Both the position numbers and the translations under genes were made by a program. Positions 13,866-27,080 of a stretch of 64,000 bases of DNA are shown in pieces; position 1 is the first letter of the stretch, and each line of letters starts with the position of its first letter. The notes beneath the pieces are model-generated. The model made no database searches. It was not told where the DNA came from and worked only from the letters and a program-made list of their open reading frames with translations. Source of the stretch: Prorocentrum cordatum (taxonomy: Eukaryota); contig CAUYUJ010000026.1 in NCBI GenBank assembly GCA_963575745.1, positions 434,001 to 498,000 of the forward strand, in the 5' to 3' direction.

Positions 13866-15054
13866 TCACCTCCCGCGCCTCGCCTGCCTGGCCTTTGCCA
13901 CCAGCGCAGGCCGCTGGGCCGCCCGCGCGCGCTTCAGCTCCGCCTGGAGCTCGGCGAATCGCCTACCCAGGCCCGTCGTCGACCACCACGCCCTCCAGCT
14001 GCGGGCTGTGCGCCTGGCCGCCCAGCCCCGATCGTCCAGTATCAGCCTGGCGCCCATAACCACGTGGCCCTTGAGCACGTGGAACCTGCCTGGCCCTCGG
14101 AATGGCTGCTGCGCGCGAGCGGTGGCCAGCGATGCCATGCACCCGTGCCATTCGTCCCCGGCCCCGTCGCCTGTGCTCAACTCGAGGCCGTCGGTCGCGT
14201 GCACCCTCTCCTCTCCCTTTTTCTCCTCATTCAGGCCGTCGGGCACGCCGCCGACGTCCGCCGACGGCGCAGGTCGGGTGCAGGGGTCCGCGCCGCCGAC
14301 ATCGCCGTCACCGTCGCCTCCTCTACCCACAAGCTCCGCCTCCATCGTCCACCATTGAGCCTCCGACGCCACGGGAGGTGCACGATGGGGTTCCGCCTTA
14401 CGCAGCCACGCCGCGAGGCGACCCTGCAACGGGCGGAGCGCTCGCGCCACCACGGCTCGTTCGCGAGCCCGCCATAGCCCATGCACACGAGACCGCCCCT
14501 GCCGCGTCTTGCGCCGGTGGCAGGCGGCGATGCGGCTGTTGCGGCCGCGGTCGCCTGCCGCTGGGCCTCCTCCTCGGTGCTGCACGTCGCGCCTCCCGCT
14601 GCACCCTGTTGAGCGAGCGTTGCGTCATGCTCCACCCCGCGGCGGCGGGCATTGTCGGATTGCGGCACACCACGCTCCGCCTGCCCACCGCGATCGGCGG
14701 CGCCAGCACCTCCTCGAGGTCCGCTTCCAGCATGGGCGCCACCATCGCCAAATGCTCCACGAGCTCCGACGCCACGGCCTTCAGCACGGGAACGACGCGC
14801 TCAGATTGCGCGACAGCCGCCCGCGCCGCCTCCCGCGCTCGCATGTCGGCCTCGAGCTCCGCGCAGCGGGCCTCGAGCTCAGCCAAGCGGCGCAGCGCCG
14901 ACGCCCGGCGCCCTGCCTCCATCCCACGGGCGGCTGCTTGCCTAGCGCAACGCGCTGGCCACAGCGACGGTGCCGCCGTCGCAGCCGCGGGCTGCTCTGC
15001 CGCCTCCCGGGCAACTGTACAGCTGACCGCAGCCATTTGCCGCCCAGCGGCCAT
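13866..15054 (-). pseudogene. Intronless coiled-coil ORF downstream of the SL relic, probable retrocopy, split over two overlapping frames
   Basis: ATG at 15054, 53 nt after the SL relic; heptad-like LRRLAELEARCAELEADMRAREA; the overlapping frame 14585-13866 continues. Confidence 0.45.
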
Positions 15055-15107
15055 CGCGCCACCCGCACCGCCCTCAGCGCGAGCCCGTCGTGCACCTGTG
15101 GATGCAG

Positions 15108-15122
15108 CTTGAGCCAAAATGG
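15108..15122 (-). other. Relic dinoflagellate spliced leader (DinoSL 3' part)
   Basis: The minus strand reads CCATTTTGGCTCAAG, identical to the last 15 nt of DCCGTAGCCATTTTGGCTCAAG. Confidence 0.85.
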
Positions 15123-16456
15123 GAGGGGGCCCTCTTGGGAGGCCTCCTGGAGGCCTCTTTGGGCGTCTTGGAGGCCTCTTGGGCTCTCTAGGGGCCATCT
15201 TGAGCGTCTTGGAGCGATTGTTCGGCGACTCGGGGCCCTCGTGGACCATCTTGGGGGGCCTCTTGGGGCCCTCTCGGCCCGTCTTGGGACCCTCTTGGGC
15301 CCGAAGAAATCACGCGACAAGATGCGGGGGAGCCCAGGGGGCACGCGGTAAGTCCAGTATGATTTTTGAATGTTGGGCCTGGATCCTTTAAATATTCATC
15401 TTGAGTGAGGGTTGAGGCTTATGGGATTGGGCCCAGGATCTGAGGACACGCCCACTCCGTGCCCAGCGGTACGGTGGCGGATAATCATTCCAGCAAGTTT
15501 TCTTCACGTATGCACCCATGGCATCGGTACGCCGTGCTACTTCACAACGAAGTTCGTGACTTCGAGCGCAGCCCGCCGACTGAATTCGTTGGCGCGTTGG
15601 CGTAATCAGGTGTGTTTGTGTGTCTTCATGCATCTCTTTTTCTGCACACGCAACCCTCTGCTAATTGCCCCCCCCCATCGGCACATTCTCGCCAGTTGTC
15701 AGCTTAGCGTAGCCCGCTACCGCCCTCGTTGAGGTGGACCCCTCGGCCGCGAAGTAAAAACTTGTGTGTGTATGTGCGCGCGCATTCCTGACCATCCATT
15801 GGCGAAGGATTGGCAGTAATTGACTTAGGATCGAGGCGCGCCCGATTGGATCTGGTGGAAGGTGGGGTTCGAGAGCGTCTGCGTGCTCGAGCCCGCCCGC
15901 AACCCCTCGTCTTCTGAGGCAGCGTCCGTGCTTGGGCGGCGAGGGTGGCTAGATAGGCAGGCTCGCTTGGAGGGGCCTCGGCCGCTGGCCATCCCCCTCG
16001 CGCCGCATCGAAGGCAGCTGGGCGCGTCCCGCCCTGGACCTCGCTGCGTGGGACCTGCGGGCCGGGGAGCTGAAAAGTGTGTTGGCGTGCGCGCGCGTGT
16101 GCGCGCGCGGCGTGCCCCGCGCCTGCCCCCTGCTGGGCCCTGGCCTCCTGCCGCGTGCCATCCTCCTCTTTGCCTGCCGCCGGCAGGTCGCGCCTCGTCC
16201 TTTCCGGGCACAGCCAGAAGCCACAGCCACAAGACTGAGAAGTTAACTTCTCCGGTCTGGCCCGCCAGATACAGCCCCCTCCTCGTCCTAGCCAACCTCC
16301 TGCCTCAGGGGCTGCTGAGTGCTCCGCGGCGTGGTTTGCGAAGTCAGGCTGCTGGCGGCGAGATCAGCTGGACCCCCAAGAGTCCCAGCCCAGTCCAGTC
16401 CTAGCCACTCTCTTCGAAACATCCCCCCGTTCCTCTACCTCCTCGCCCCCCACTTC

Positions 16457-16634
16457 TGATAGGCCTGTTTTCCACCACCGCCACCACCACCATCTGTTGG
16501 AGGGCAGTAGGAGGAGGAGGACGAGGAGGAAGAGGACGAAGAGGAGGGGGAGGACGAGGAGGAAGGGGAGGAGGAGGAGGACCCCCTCCCCCTCCGACTT
16601 ATGGTGGTGGTGGTGGTGGAAAACAGGCCCATCA
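16457..16634. mobile_element. Foldback MITE with a (GGA)n core, copy 2
   Basis: Same termini; perfect 5-bp TSD ACTTC; right end tandemly duplicated to about 16790. Confidence 0.85.
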
Positions 16635-18353
16635 ACTTCGGAGACCAGTCTCCGCGGAGGAGGAGGAGGAGGAGGAGGAGGAGGAGGAGGAGGACCCCCT
16701 CCCCCTCCGACTTACGGTGGTGGTTGTGGGAACCAGGCCCATCAATTTCGGAGACCAGTCTCCGCGGAGGAGGAGGAGGAGGAGGATGGATGGGGCAGCT
16801 TCAAAGGCAGCCCACGGCGCCGTCCAGCACGCTGGACGATGCCGAAGGCCACCAGAAGTTCGGTCTGGGCTCACGGCCCGCTCGGCCCGCGCGGCCCCCC
16901 GCGCGCGCCCGACGCCCGCCAGGATCTTCTGGCGGATGCCCCTTTCGTGGGCCCCCGCGCAGCGCGGCTCCCGCCGGGGCTGCCGCCCTGCGCCCCTCGC
17001 CGGGGCTGCCGCGCGACGGCGCGGGGCGCGCGCGCCCTGCGCGGGGTCCCGCCCGCTCGGGCCCAGCTTTGCCGTGCCGCTGCGCGCGCGGCCGCGACGC
17101 CGAAAACTGTGTGTATGTGTGTTTGTGCGTGTGCGTGTGAGTCTGTGTGTGTGTGTGTTGTGTGTGTGTGTGTGCGTGTGTGTGTGTGTGTGTGCGCGTG
17201 TGCGTGCGTGCGTGCGTGCGTGCGTTAGTGCGTGCGTGCGTACGTGCATGCATGTGTGTGCGTGTGTGTGTGTGTGCATGTGTATGCGTGTGCATGTTTG
17301 TGTGTGTGCGTGTGTTTTTGTGTGCGCGTGCGTGTGCGTGCGTGCGTGCGTGCGTGCATGTGTGTGTGCGTGTGCATGTTTGTGTGTGTGTGTTATGGCT
17401 GCTGACGGCTGCGAGGCCTTCAGTGGTCTCTGAGTGCTCGGCCGGGCGTAGGCGCGTGCGCCACATTGTTTTCCGACCGTGCGCGCCCTGTCGCCGCGCG
17501 CGGGGCCGCGGCGCCAAAACGTGTATGTGTATGTGTGTGCGTGTTTGTGTGTGGCCTGGTTCCGCACGCCCGATCCGCCGCTCGGACTTACTCGATTTGT
17601 CGCCGCGGGCGAGGCCGGTACCTTTCAACAAGTGTGAGAGAGAGAGAGCGTGTGTGTGTCAGAGAGAGAGAGAGAGTGTGTGTCTTCGTTTCCCGCTTTA
17701 ATTCTCTTCGACCTTCTACGCCTCGACGATGCGCGCGAGGCCGCGACGCCACAAGGTGTTTGTGTGGGTGCGCGTGTGTGCGCGTGCTTGTGTGTGTGTG
17801 GTGTGTGTGTGGGTGGTTGGATGGGTGGGTGGTTGGATGGGTGGGTGGGTGGGTGGAGTGTGGGTGGATGGGAAGATGGCTATAGGTGGGTGGGTGGGTG
17901 GGGGGGCGCGCGAACGTGTTGCCAGCTCCGGTGCGGGAGCCCCTGTTCGGGTGCAACCGTTGGGAGGTTAAGCTCAACACCGGCGCTGGTAAATCCGCGG
18001 TCGAAAACCGGCCTGACCCGGAACAGTCCCGTCGGATCCGGCTGAGCCTGTGAGTTGAGTTTAGTCTGGTCCTTCGCTTTGCCGGCCCTGATCTGGACCA
18101 GTGCCCCTTCAGCGACTTGAGCGTAGAATAGCCTTTGATCGTTCTGACGAAGACCTCCCAGGAGTTACCCCCTAACCCTTGTGACGCGCCTTGGGGACGG
18201 GCGGCCAGCGAAGCCACACCTCCACTTGGATCGGCGCGGGAGTTGCTAAGGAAATGAACGGGGGTAAAAAGTGAGTGCCAGGGTGGGCTATATCTGGCCT
18301 AACCTGGCTTACAAGTGGGTTACAAGTGCCATGAGCGGCTAAGGGGGTTATGT

Positions 18354-18513
18354 TTAAGTCGGGCCTGTCCCTGCACAGGAGGAATATTCAAAACTAGTCA
18401 AACAATACTATGGGGATTATTTGTTGACTATGTTTGAACATTTTTGGTGTATGTTTGGAATACTTTCAATATTTCGCCCAAAGCCCCGCTGTAGGGGGAC
18501 AGGCCCGACCTGA
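18354..18513. mobile_element. hAT-like MITE family 1, copy 1
   Basis: TIR TTAAGTCGGGCCTGTCCC.../...GGGACAGGCCCGACCTGA; 8-bp TSD GGTTATGT/GGTTGGGT. Confidence 0.8.
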
Positions 18514-19409
18514 GGTTGGGTAGCTCCGCGCAGTGGGCAAAGCCCAGTGAGCCTAAACCGTTACCCGCCCGACCTGCTTATGGCACCACCCCCTTTCTAG
18601 GCCAGGCTCGGCCAGACATCAGACGATCGGCACTCGTTCCATACCCCAGCTGGTGCCCCCCGCTCCCCCTTCTCAGGGCGCCAGGGGAGACAGGGCCTGC
18701 ATCACGCCCTCGCTCTGAGGCCTCGGATGCCAGGGACTCTGCCCATGCCCCCGCTCCGGCTCCTCGTGGGGTTGGGGCGCGAGCAGGGGCGTGGATCAAA
18801 CGGCGATCGCCCAGAGGTGACCCCCTTGGGCGTCTACTTGTATAGCCCCCCCGCCCCCCTAGCAGCCCCCGCGCCTCTCCGGGCAGGGTGCCCCAGTATC
18901 CGCTAGCCTCCCGCCCGCGCCGCAGGCGGAGCAACTCATCGTGTTCTCGCCAGTGGGCGCGCCGCACCTCACGTCGTGGCAGTCCGTGGACTACCTGGGC
19001 GGGCCGATGGTATATTCGAAGACCGACGACTACGTGATCCTGAGTGGGGGTGGGCATGGACCCTGAGATCCGGGCGCTGCGCTGTCGCACCCTGCGTGCT
19101 CGCCCAGTTTTCGGGCCCGTGGCCAGCACAGATCTAGCCGGCTCGAGACATGCATCAGGAAGACTTACGCAGTGGCGAAGCGTCCTGGCTCGCCTATAGG
19201 CCTGCCAAAGAATGTTCTGAGAACCTTTTGTGGTTTCCACGAAATGTCCTTAGAACATTTCTGGCTGGGACTGTCTTAGTTTAGCACATCGGGTTTATGT
19301 TCTAAGAACATTGTTTTTGTTCAAGGCTCCAGTCGTGATTTTTGTAGGTGTTGCATTCTGTTCGCAGCGTCGGATGTCAGGGGAGGATCCCCGCTCCCCT
19401 CGCGTCGTG

Positions 19410-19617
19410 TCGGGGCAACGTAAGACTCGAGCAAGCCGGAACTCGGGTTTGCCGACTTTTGTTTGACGAGCGCGTCCTGGATTTTGACGGTCCCGTTTTC
19501 GTGGGATGTCTGCAGCGGGAGCCCGCGTCAAATTTCAGATTGGGTCTCGTCATTTTTATGATGGCCCCCGTCAGACCAAACCTGAGTCCCTCGTTCCCGA
19601 GTCTTACGTCTCCCCGA
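19410..19617. mobile_element. ~207-bp MITE (TCGGGG-AACGTAAGACTCG TIR), copy 1
   Basis: TIRs; perfect TSD TCGTG; paralog at 49071-49275. Confidence 0.8.
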
Positions 19618-21390
19618 TCGTGGAAACGTGGAGAGGGATGTTGCTCTGTTTGTTTTTGCAGTGTTCGGCTGCTGAGGGCCTCCGCAGGGTCCCAGGACCT
19701 TCACAAAACGACTCGGGCGAAAGGCCTGTCCCAGGAAATGGATTGACATCTGGGGGCCGACTTGGTGGAAAGGCCAGAGAATGACGTCGGGGGGGTTGGG
19801 GGAGGAGGAGGAGGAGGAAGAAGAAGAAGAAGAAGAGGAGGAGGAGGAGGCGGGAGGAGGAGGAGGAGTAGGAGAAGGAGGAGGAGGATGAGGAAGAGGG
19901 GAGGAGGTTGAAGAGGATGAGGACGGGAATCGGGCAGTCCAAGAGGGTGGGTTGGGGGATCTAGCAAAAGGGTGGGATACGAAAGGCGATGCATGCCGTC
20001 GGCTCCACCGCAGAGCGCGCTCCTCGTTCCGGTGCTGCTGCTGCTGCCGTCACGGAGATCGGCCCGACCCTTCCGTTGCGCTTCTGCCGCGGGTGTTCTT
20101 GGGCCGCGGGGCTGGCTCGAGTAATTATTTGATCCGCAATGTGATATAAGATACCATAAACTGTCGCGGATCGTGGTTGGAGCCGCCCCCCGCGGTGTCG
20201 CCTCCGGCGCCGCGCCCTGCGCGCTCCGCGCGCCACGGAGGGGGCTCCCCGCGCGGACGGCCGATAATTGATGCTTATGCCGCACTTTGCTCCTCTCCGT
20301 TTTTTCGTGGGGTGCTGCCGAGCGCGAGACCGCTGGATGTGTCCTTGGGCCGTGGAGAGCTCGTTGCAGCAAATCTTCAAACGCAAGCATCCTGACGTCT
20401 GACGCCGTGCAGGATCCGCAGCGCCGCCCATTGAAGGACGACCGAAGCTGCTGCCGTCTCCATCTTTGCACGTGACATCTCGGGCTTGATCGTTCCGTGA
20501 GGGCCTGGGGGCCCGAAGCGGGACACGGGCGCCCGTCCTCGCCTGCTCTCCGCAGTGCCCCCGATGTCGGGGCCCGCCCCTCCAGACCCGCTTTTAGAAC
20601 CGATCTCCCGACCTCGCAACTTTCTATGTTTGTGCCTTTCGCCTGGCTGATTTTCAATTGTTGTCCAGTTTTTTAGGTTCCCAGGCTGACGACCCCCAGA
20701 CTGACTAAGTCTGAAACTGATTGGTTCTGCGTTTGTTTGGGAACCCTCACAAGGATTTTTGTTTGGTTTCAATTGTTTTCTTTTTATTTCAGATTCCCTG
20801 GCCAGCGATGCCCAGGCAGACTGAGTTTGAGATTAATTGGGTTGCTGTGGATCCTTCGCAAGGAGTATGTTTTGTATGTGTGTCTTTGGGTTTAATTTTT
20901 GATTCCCACATGCTTCGTGGGGCTATGGTTTTCTTCTCACCCGCGTCGCGCCTCGTCCTTCTCTCTTGTACATACACACCAGATCTACGCACATGTGCTT
21001 GACACACACACATGCAAACGTACAGACACATCTAGAAAGTCACATGATGCAGGCTCTATGTGTACAACTGCGAGACATCCTCGTGCGTGCAACTGCGAGG
21101 GACACTCGCGCACACACACACATACACACACACACACACACTTTACATACTCACTTGTGCAGCCCTCTGGTCTGCCAGTGCCTAGTTAGGCGGACGAGAC
21201 CCAGGAAGAGCGCCCAGCAAAAGGCAGGGCAGGAGCGAGATTTCGGTTGCTCGATCGTGACGTCGTATGCCTCGACACCCGCCGAGTGCTCTTGTTTTTG
21301 TTTTTGTATGTCCGCGGGCGCCTCGGAGAACCCCGCCCATTCCACCGCCATGGCTCCGGATCCGTCGCAGTTTGGGCGATTGCGTGGGTA

Positions 21391-21561
21391 TCGGAGGTGG
21401 ATAGACCTCCTACCCTGACACGTCGATTAGGGAATTGGCCGTTTTCGGTTCGCGAGAGGGCGACGCGGCCGTCATTTTTGCGTGTCCAGGTCCGTCGGTT
21501 TCGGTCCCAGGCCGATTCCACTAAGGGGAGGTTTACTAAAGGGAGGTTTGTCCACCGCCGA
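21391..21561. mobile_element. 171-bp MITE (TCGGAGG...CCGCCGA), copy 1
   Basis: TIRs; TSD GGGTA; paralog at 31414-31584. Confidence 0.8.
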
Positions 21562-22955
21562 GGGTAGGGCGGGAGTTTCCCCAACTGTTCGGAAGCTCAT
21601 CTGATAACGATGTCCGCCATATTTTGCCGTCGCTGTTTCCGCCGTACCTCTGCCGAAATATCCGGCCTATCTGTCCCCCGAGGCGGGAAGCATCGGCCCC
21701 ATCTCCGACACGAGTCTAGTCCAGATCGGAGACTGGGATCCGGAGTCGGGGCGCGGGGTCGGCTCTCCGTCCCAGGTCCGGGTTCTGAGACGCTCCAGGG
21801 GCCGTCGGCCCGCGGCGGCCGAAGTTGAGGAGGCAAACGCCGGGACCAAGTGCGGGGACCCGCGGGTGTGGTGACTTCGCCGCGGGGTGAGCCCACGGGG
21901 GTCTTCCGTCAACGGTCTTGGGGCTCGGTCGTTTTCCGAGGAACTCTCGGGCGGCTGGGGCCTCCCGGCCTCCCGGTCCCCCAGACCGTGCGGTGGCGGA
22001 CGGCCCGGTGAGGTCGCTGGGGATTCCGAGGTCGCCATGCGGTCCGCCACCACACGGTTTTGGGGCCCCGGATGAGGATGAACAGAAGGAGGAGGAGGAG
22101 GAGGAGGAGGAGGAGGAGGAGGAGGAGGAGGTGGTGGTGGTGGTCCGCCCCGAAGTCTGGGCACGGTATCTCGAGCTGGGCGCTGGGCAGGCGTCTCCTT
22201 CGAGGCCTGCGGCTCCACCGTGTCCGTCGCGGGCGACGTCTTGTGGTCCTGGAGGGCCAGCGGCGGCTCCTCCTGGCGGGGCGAGCGGGGAGGTGGCTTC
22301 CTGTGGATGCTCATCGGAGACGACGATCGGGGCTGATAGCTCAGTCGGGGGGTATCAATACATGTGTGGCGTTCCAGAGTTCAAAGAAGGAAAAGATACC
22401 CATGCCTCTACACCCTCGCCGTTTTTTATCCTTTTCGGGCCTCCTGGGAGGCCCTCGTCGCCACCGCTGGATCTGCCTCGAAATCCGGGTCAATCCGGGT
22501 CGAAATCTGGGGGTACCGGTATCGGTACCCAGTGGTTTCCCCAAGAGTGGGTCTCGCCTCCGAGGATCGAAGGAGTTGGCATCTCTTCCTCGGCGCAAGG
22601 CGGCGGAAGGCGGCGGAAGTACAACGGGGCTACCTTCGCTGGCGGAAGTTGGCGGAAGCAAAAGTCGGCCTTCCGAGAGATGGCAATGTTTTTGAGTTCA
22701 GGGTTTCCGGAATCGGCCATATGTCCTGCGTCGCCGATGTTGCATGTGTGGGGCGAGGCTTCCCGGCGAATGCTTGTAATACCCGCCCCTATCGTCGCCT
22801 CCGGGGTTTAGCAGAGGAGGCATGGCACAGATAGCAGCAGCCTCGGCACGTCTCCTCCGCAGCCGTTTGCCCCAGAGGCTTCACAAGTTGCAGTGCATCA
22901 GCAGGGTGCGGTTTTGCGCTGAGTCCAGGAAACCAGTCAGTCAGTCTAGTCTTCC

Positions 22956-23165
22956 TAGATGGGCGCAGAGTAGATGGGGTCGGAGGATCTCGCCGCATCG
23001 CCGAGCTCGATGTGGAGCCCGATTTTCTCGATGGGGCTCGATGTGGAGCTTAATTTTCTCCACGCTGGCGCCGCCGATTCACCGCCGACGCATTGTCGAT
23101 GCGTCGTCGATGCGTCGGTGACGCGGCGCGATCCTCCGACCCCATCTACTCGGACCCCATTTGGG
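22956..23165. mobile_element. MITE-like inverted repeat
   Basis: GAGTAGATGGGGTCGGAGGATC pairs with GATCCTCCGACCCCATCTACTC. Confidence 0.65.
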
Positions 23166-23618
23166 AGGCCGCTAGTCATTGCACGGAGAGAGATGATTCC
23201 ATGGCCACCCGACGGACTGGATCGGACCCACCCGCAGCCCCTGTGGGTCCAGACTCGGAGGGACGTTTTTTGGTTTTCCACGCGTAGGCCGAACCCATTG
23301 GGTCGCTCTGCGGGTGCGTGGGGACGTTGAGATCCGGGCGCTGGGTGTTTTTTCATGCTGGGCTTACGTCCGCCGATCCTCCTGCAGGGGGATTTTGGAT
23401 GAAAATGTATAAATCGTTTATAAAATACCCCAAAATTTTAAAAAATGCTAAAAAATCGCCCCCATATTATTTTTCGACGATTCTTGAAGATTTCTCCTGT
23501 GGAGGGACGGGCCCGGCTTGACGCTGGGCGTGTCCTCACGACGGCCTGGCCCCAGGGCTCCACGGAGCCATTCCGGCTCGCGAAGTGCCGCAGAAGAGGG
23601 GCGTCGAGGGTTCCAGTT

Positions 23619-23768
23619 TGAAGTCGGGCATGTCCCTCTGCAGGGGGGATATTCAAAAATAGTCTGGGGACTATTGTTTGATTATTGTTCGACCATTTTG
23701 GAGTTTTGTTGGGGTATTTTAAAAATTTTCGTCGAACATCCCCCTGTAGGGGGACCCGCCCGAATTAA
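23619..23768. mobile_element. hAT-like MITE family 1, copy 2
   Basis: Same TIRs; TSD TTCCAGTT/TTCCAGCT; an uninterrupted paralogous site lies near 24121-24150. Confidence 0.8.
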
Positions 23769-24835
23769 TTCCAGCTTGTGAGTTTTCCACGGTGCCTGTT
23801 TTTTGCTCTTTACGTCGGATCTGGGGGACCGAGGACGAGGGACGACGGAGGAGGGGGTCGGCGGGATGAGAGAACATAGAGGGGAGGCAGGATCGGCTGG
23901 AGAGGTGCCGCAGAAGAGGGGGTCGGAAGCTGGGCGAGGGCTGCTAAAACCGTGGCTGCTAAAACGGTCCTCCCAGAAGGAAAAAACAACTTCCCGGAAT
24001 GAGGCGCGGCACGCGAAACAGTCAACGGGCTTCTTCCTGGAAGGACGAAGGCAACTTCCCGGAGGTCGATTCTAGCAGCCACGGATTTAGCAGCCCTTGC
24101 CCGGCTTCCGAGAGGGGGTCGAGGGTTCCAGCTCGTAAGTTTTCCACGGTGCGTGTTTTTGTTGCTCTTGACATCGGACCTGGGGGACCGAGGACGAGGG
24201 ATGACGGAGGAGGGGGTCGGCGGGACGAGAGAACGTAGAGGAGAGGCAGGATCAGCTGGAGAGGGAGAACTTCTGGATTGCGCGGTCGCTGAAGCCGAGG
24301 CCTGTCGACAGTGGGCGGCGCTACAACTAGCAGAACATTTAGTGAAGCTAAAGGGTTCTGCACGGGCGCCAAGTAGACAAGTACATTACAGTACGATGGG
24401 ACCCCCGCGACAGAGCGGACGGAACGCGTCGAACCGAAGCAAGGAGTCCAGACCCTCCCAAGCCTCACCCTCACTGCCCTCCCCCAGAATAGGCGACTGT
24501 ACGGCAAACGCTAAAGGCGGCGGCAACTGATGACGTGCTGTGCCTCGTCCAGGGCACTCGGGGGGAGGGATGGAGGGAGGGAGGGATAATAATAAGCCGA
24601 GGAGGAAGAGTGAGACTGGGACATAGTACCCGAAACTCCAGCTCGGAAGAGCCTCCGCGACGGGCGACGGGACGCGTCGCTGTCTCCGTGGCCAGGCAGA
24701 AAGCAGCGAAACAGAACGCGGACGGTCCTGGTCTGCTGCTCTCAGCGTGACCCTGGTCACCAGTGCAGCAATCGATCGACGACACACAATGCACCTGTGA
24801 AAGTGGAGGCATCTTGGCGCCCGCGGAGCACATAC

Positions 24836-24875
<40 letters not shown>

Positions 24876-26719
24876 GTATGTATATATATATACACACCAG
24901 CACGATTTTCTACACGCAATCGGTGGAGGCTGTGCCGAGCAGACACGAGGGGGCACCAGAGGAGCCTCTAGGGTCCCACAGAGCCCCAGGAGGCGGGTCT
25001 GGCGCGGCCCGCCGCCCTACGGCCTCATCCTCCAGGCGCCGCAGCACGCCCAGAGCCGGCAGTCCTGGACCAGCGGGGAGTTCCGGGTCCGCCTTCTCAG
25101 CATGGACTCTATCTTGCACAGGTTCTGCGTAAGGAGGTGGACTGCTCCGTCCGTGGCCTGGATGTCCGCGGCAGGCTTCACGATCTGCACCCTCTGCATC
25201 GCCGACCGCCGAGGCGAAGCAGCCTCAGGCGGAGCAGCCTCCGGGGCAGCGTCGGCAGGATCGGCTCGCAGAGTATCGGCCTGCGCGGGCGCTGCCAGCG
25301 GCGGTGCATCCGGAGGCGCGGCCTGTGGTCGCACAGCGTCGGTAGTCTCACCTTGGCGCAGCTCTGGGACGGGCTCGAAGGGCGCAGCGGGCGCCGTCAC
25401 TGCATCCGCGGTAGCCGCGGCGACCACCTCGTCGAGCGCCTCGTCGAGCGCCTCGTCGACGCGCGGCTGGCCCCCTCGGGCACCGCGCGGGCACGCGAAG
25501 TCCTCGGAGTCGATCGTGGAGCACGAGTCGCTCTCACGGGACTCGGCCTCCTCCTGCTCCTCCTGGCTATCAGGCTGCGCGGCCTGTTGGGCCGCGGCGC
25601 CGGGGAGCGCATCGCCCGGCTCCGCAGCCGCCAGGCCGGCAGCACGCGGCGCCTCGGCGGCAGCAGCACCAGCAGGCAGAGGAACACCAGCACGGACACG
25701 ATGGACATCCACAGGAGGACCTCTGCCGGCCGGAGTGACCTCTCCACGGCCTCGTCGTCGTCGTCGTCGTCGTTGAATAGTCTACGCGCAAGGAAGGTGC
25801 GCGGCGTGGGCAGCTCGCGCCACCGTGGCCACGTGCCGGCAGCGAGCGGGGCGGTGGTGGCGGGCGGCCCAGCCCAGCCGGCGGAGTGCCGGCTGGACCT
25901 CGTCCGAGGCTGCGGCGCGGCTGCCCGCACACGCCTGAGCGCAGGCGGGGGCGGCGCGCACGAGGCTCGGCCGGGCAGCAGGTTGGAGCCCAGATGGGTA
26001 CAGGCTGAAGCCCCCGCCGGGCGAGCCTTTGGAGAGGGAGGAAGGAGGGAGGGAGGGAGGGAGGGAGGGAGGGAGGGAGGGAGGAAGAGGAAGAGGAGAA
26101 GGAGGAGGAGGAGGAGGAGGAGGAGGAGGAGGAGGGGAAGACAAGCTAGGTGCGCTATCGTCACATCTGACGTCCTGCCCCTCCCTCCCTTCCCTTACCA
26201 TGGCGTTTATCTCCTATCTATTCTTACAGTTGGATACACGACCAGGGCAATGATCCCAAGAGGGTACGCGATGGATGGAAAACCATGGCGTAGAAGAGCA
26301 CGGCAGAGCATAGCATGTCATAGCATGGTGTGGCATTGCGTAGTGAAGATTGCATCACAAAACATAGCATCGCAAAGCATGGCATTGCACAGCGGTGCAC
26401 AACACAGCATCGCATTGCATGCCGTGGCATGGGCCGGATGACTTGGAGGGTAAGTGGTCCGTCTGCCAGAGGACAGGGCCTGTCCCGAATGCCAGCTCCA
26501 TGTCCTCCGCAACCGTGCTTGCCCGCTGTGGGCATTTTCGAATGCCAAGTTCTGTCTAGAGGCGCGGGAACAAGGTCAGCGCTGCAGCGGCAGCTTGATT
26601 TTGATTGATCGAAGCTAGGAAATAATGGCGGCGCTGCAGCGGGAGCACCATTTCGGAAGAACCAGAAACGACTGGATTGAAACAAACACATCGGAAAATG
26701 ATCCTGGCGAAGGACCTAA

Positions 26720-27080
26720 CCATGTGCAGCTGTGTGTAACGCAGCTGTGGGTATCGTTCTCGGTGAACCTCCCTCTGGGGCCACGACGCGTGTGACGGGT
26801 GTGCCAAAATTGGCACGGGTACGCCGTGCGGACGCTGCCACCAGAGCCGTCGGTGCAGCCCCATGTGAGGCCACGAAACGTACGAGGGGTGCACCGAAAA
26901 GCAGGGTGGAACCACGTGGGGGCGCTGCCACTGGGGCCTTTGGGGGCCACGAAACGTGAAGGGGCGCGCCGAAATGAAGGGTGGAACTGCATGCGGAACC
27001 TGCCACTGGGGCCGTGGGTGGAACATTCTATGGGGCCACGACACGTGCGAGGGGTGCGCCGAAATGGAGGTGGAACTGCA
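26720..27080. repeat. Tandem GGGGCCACGA...GAGGGGTGCGCCGAAA repeat; also at ~45000-45195
   Basis: Four diverged units here and three near 45.1 kb. Confidence 0.75.
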
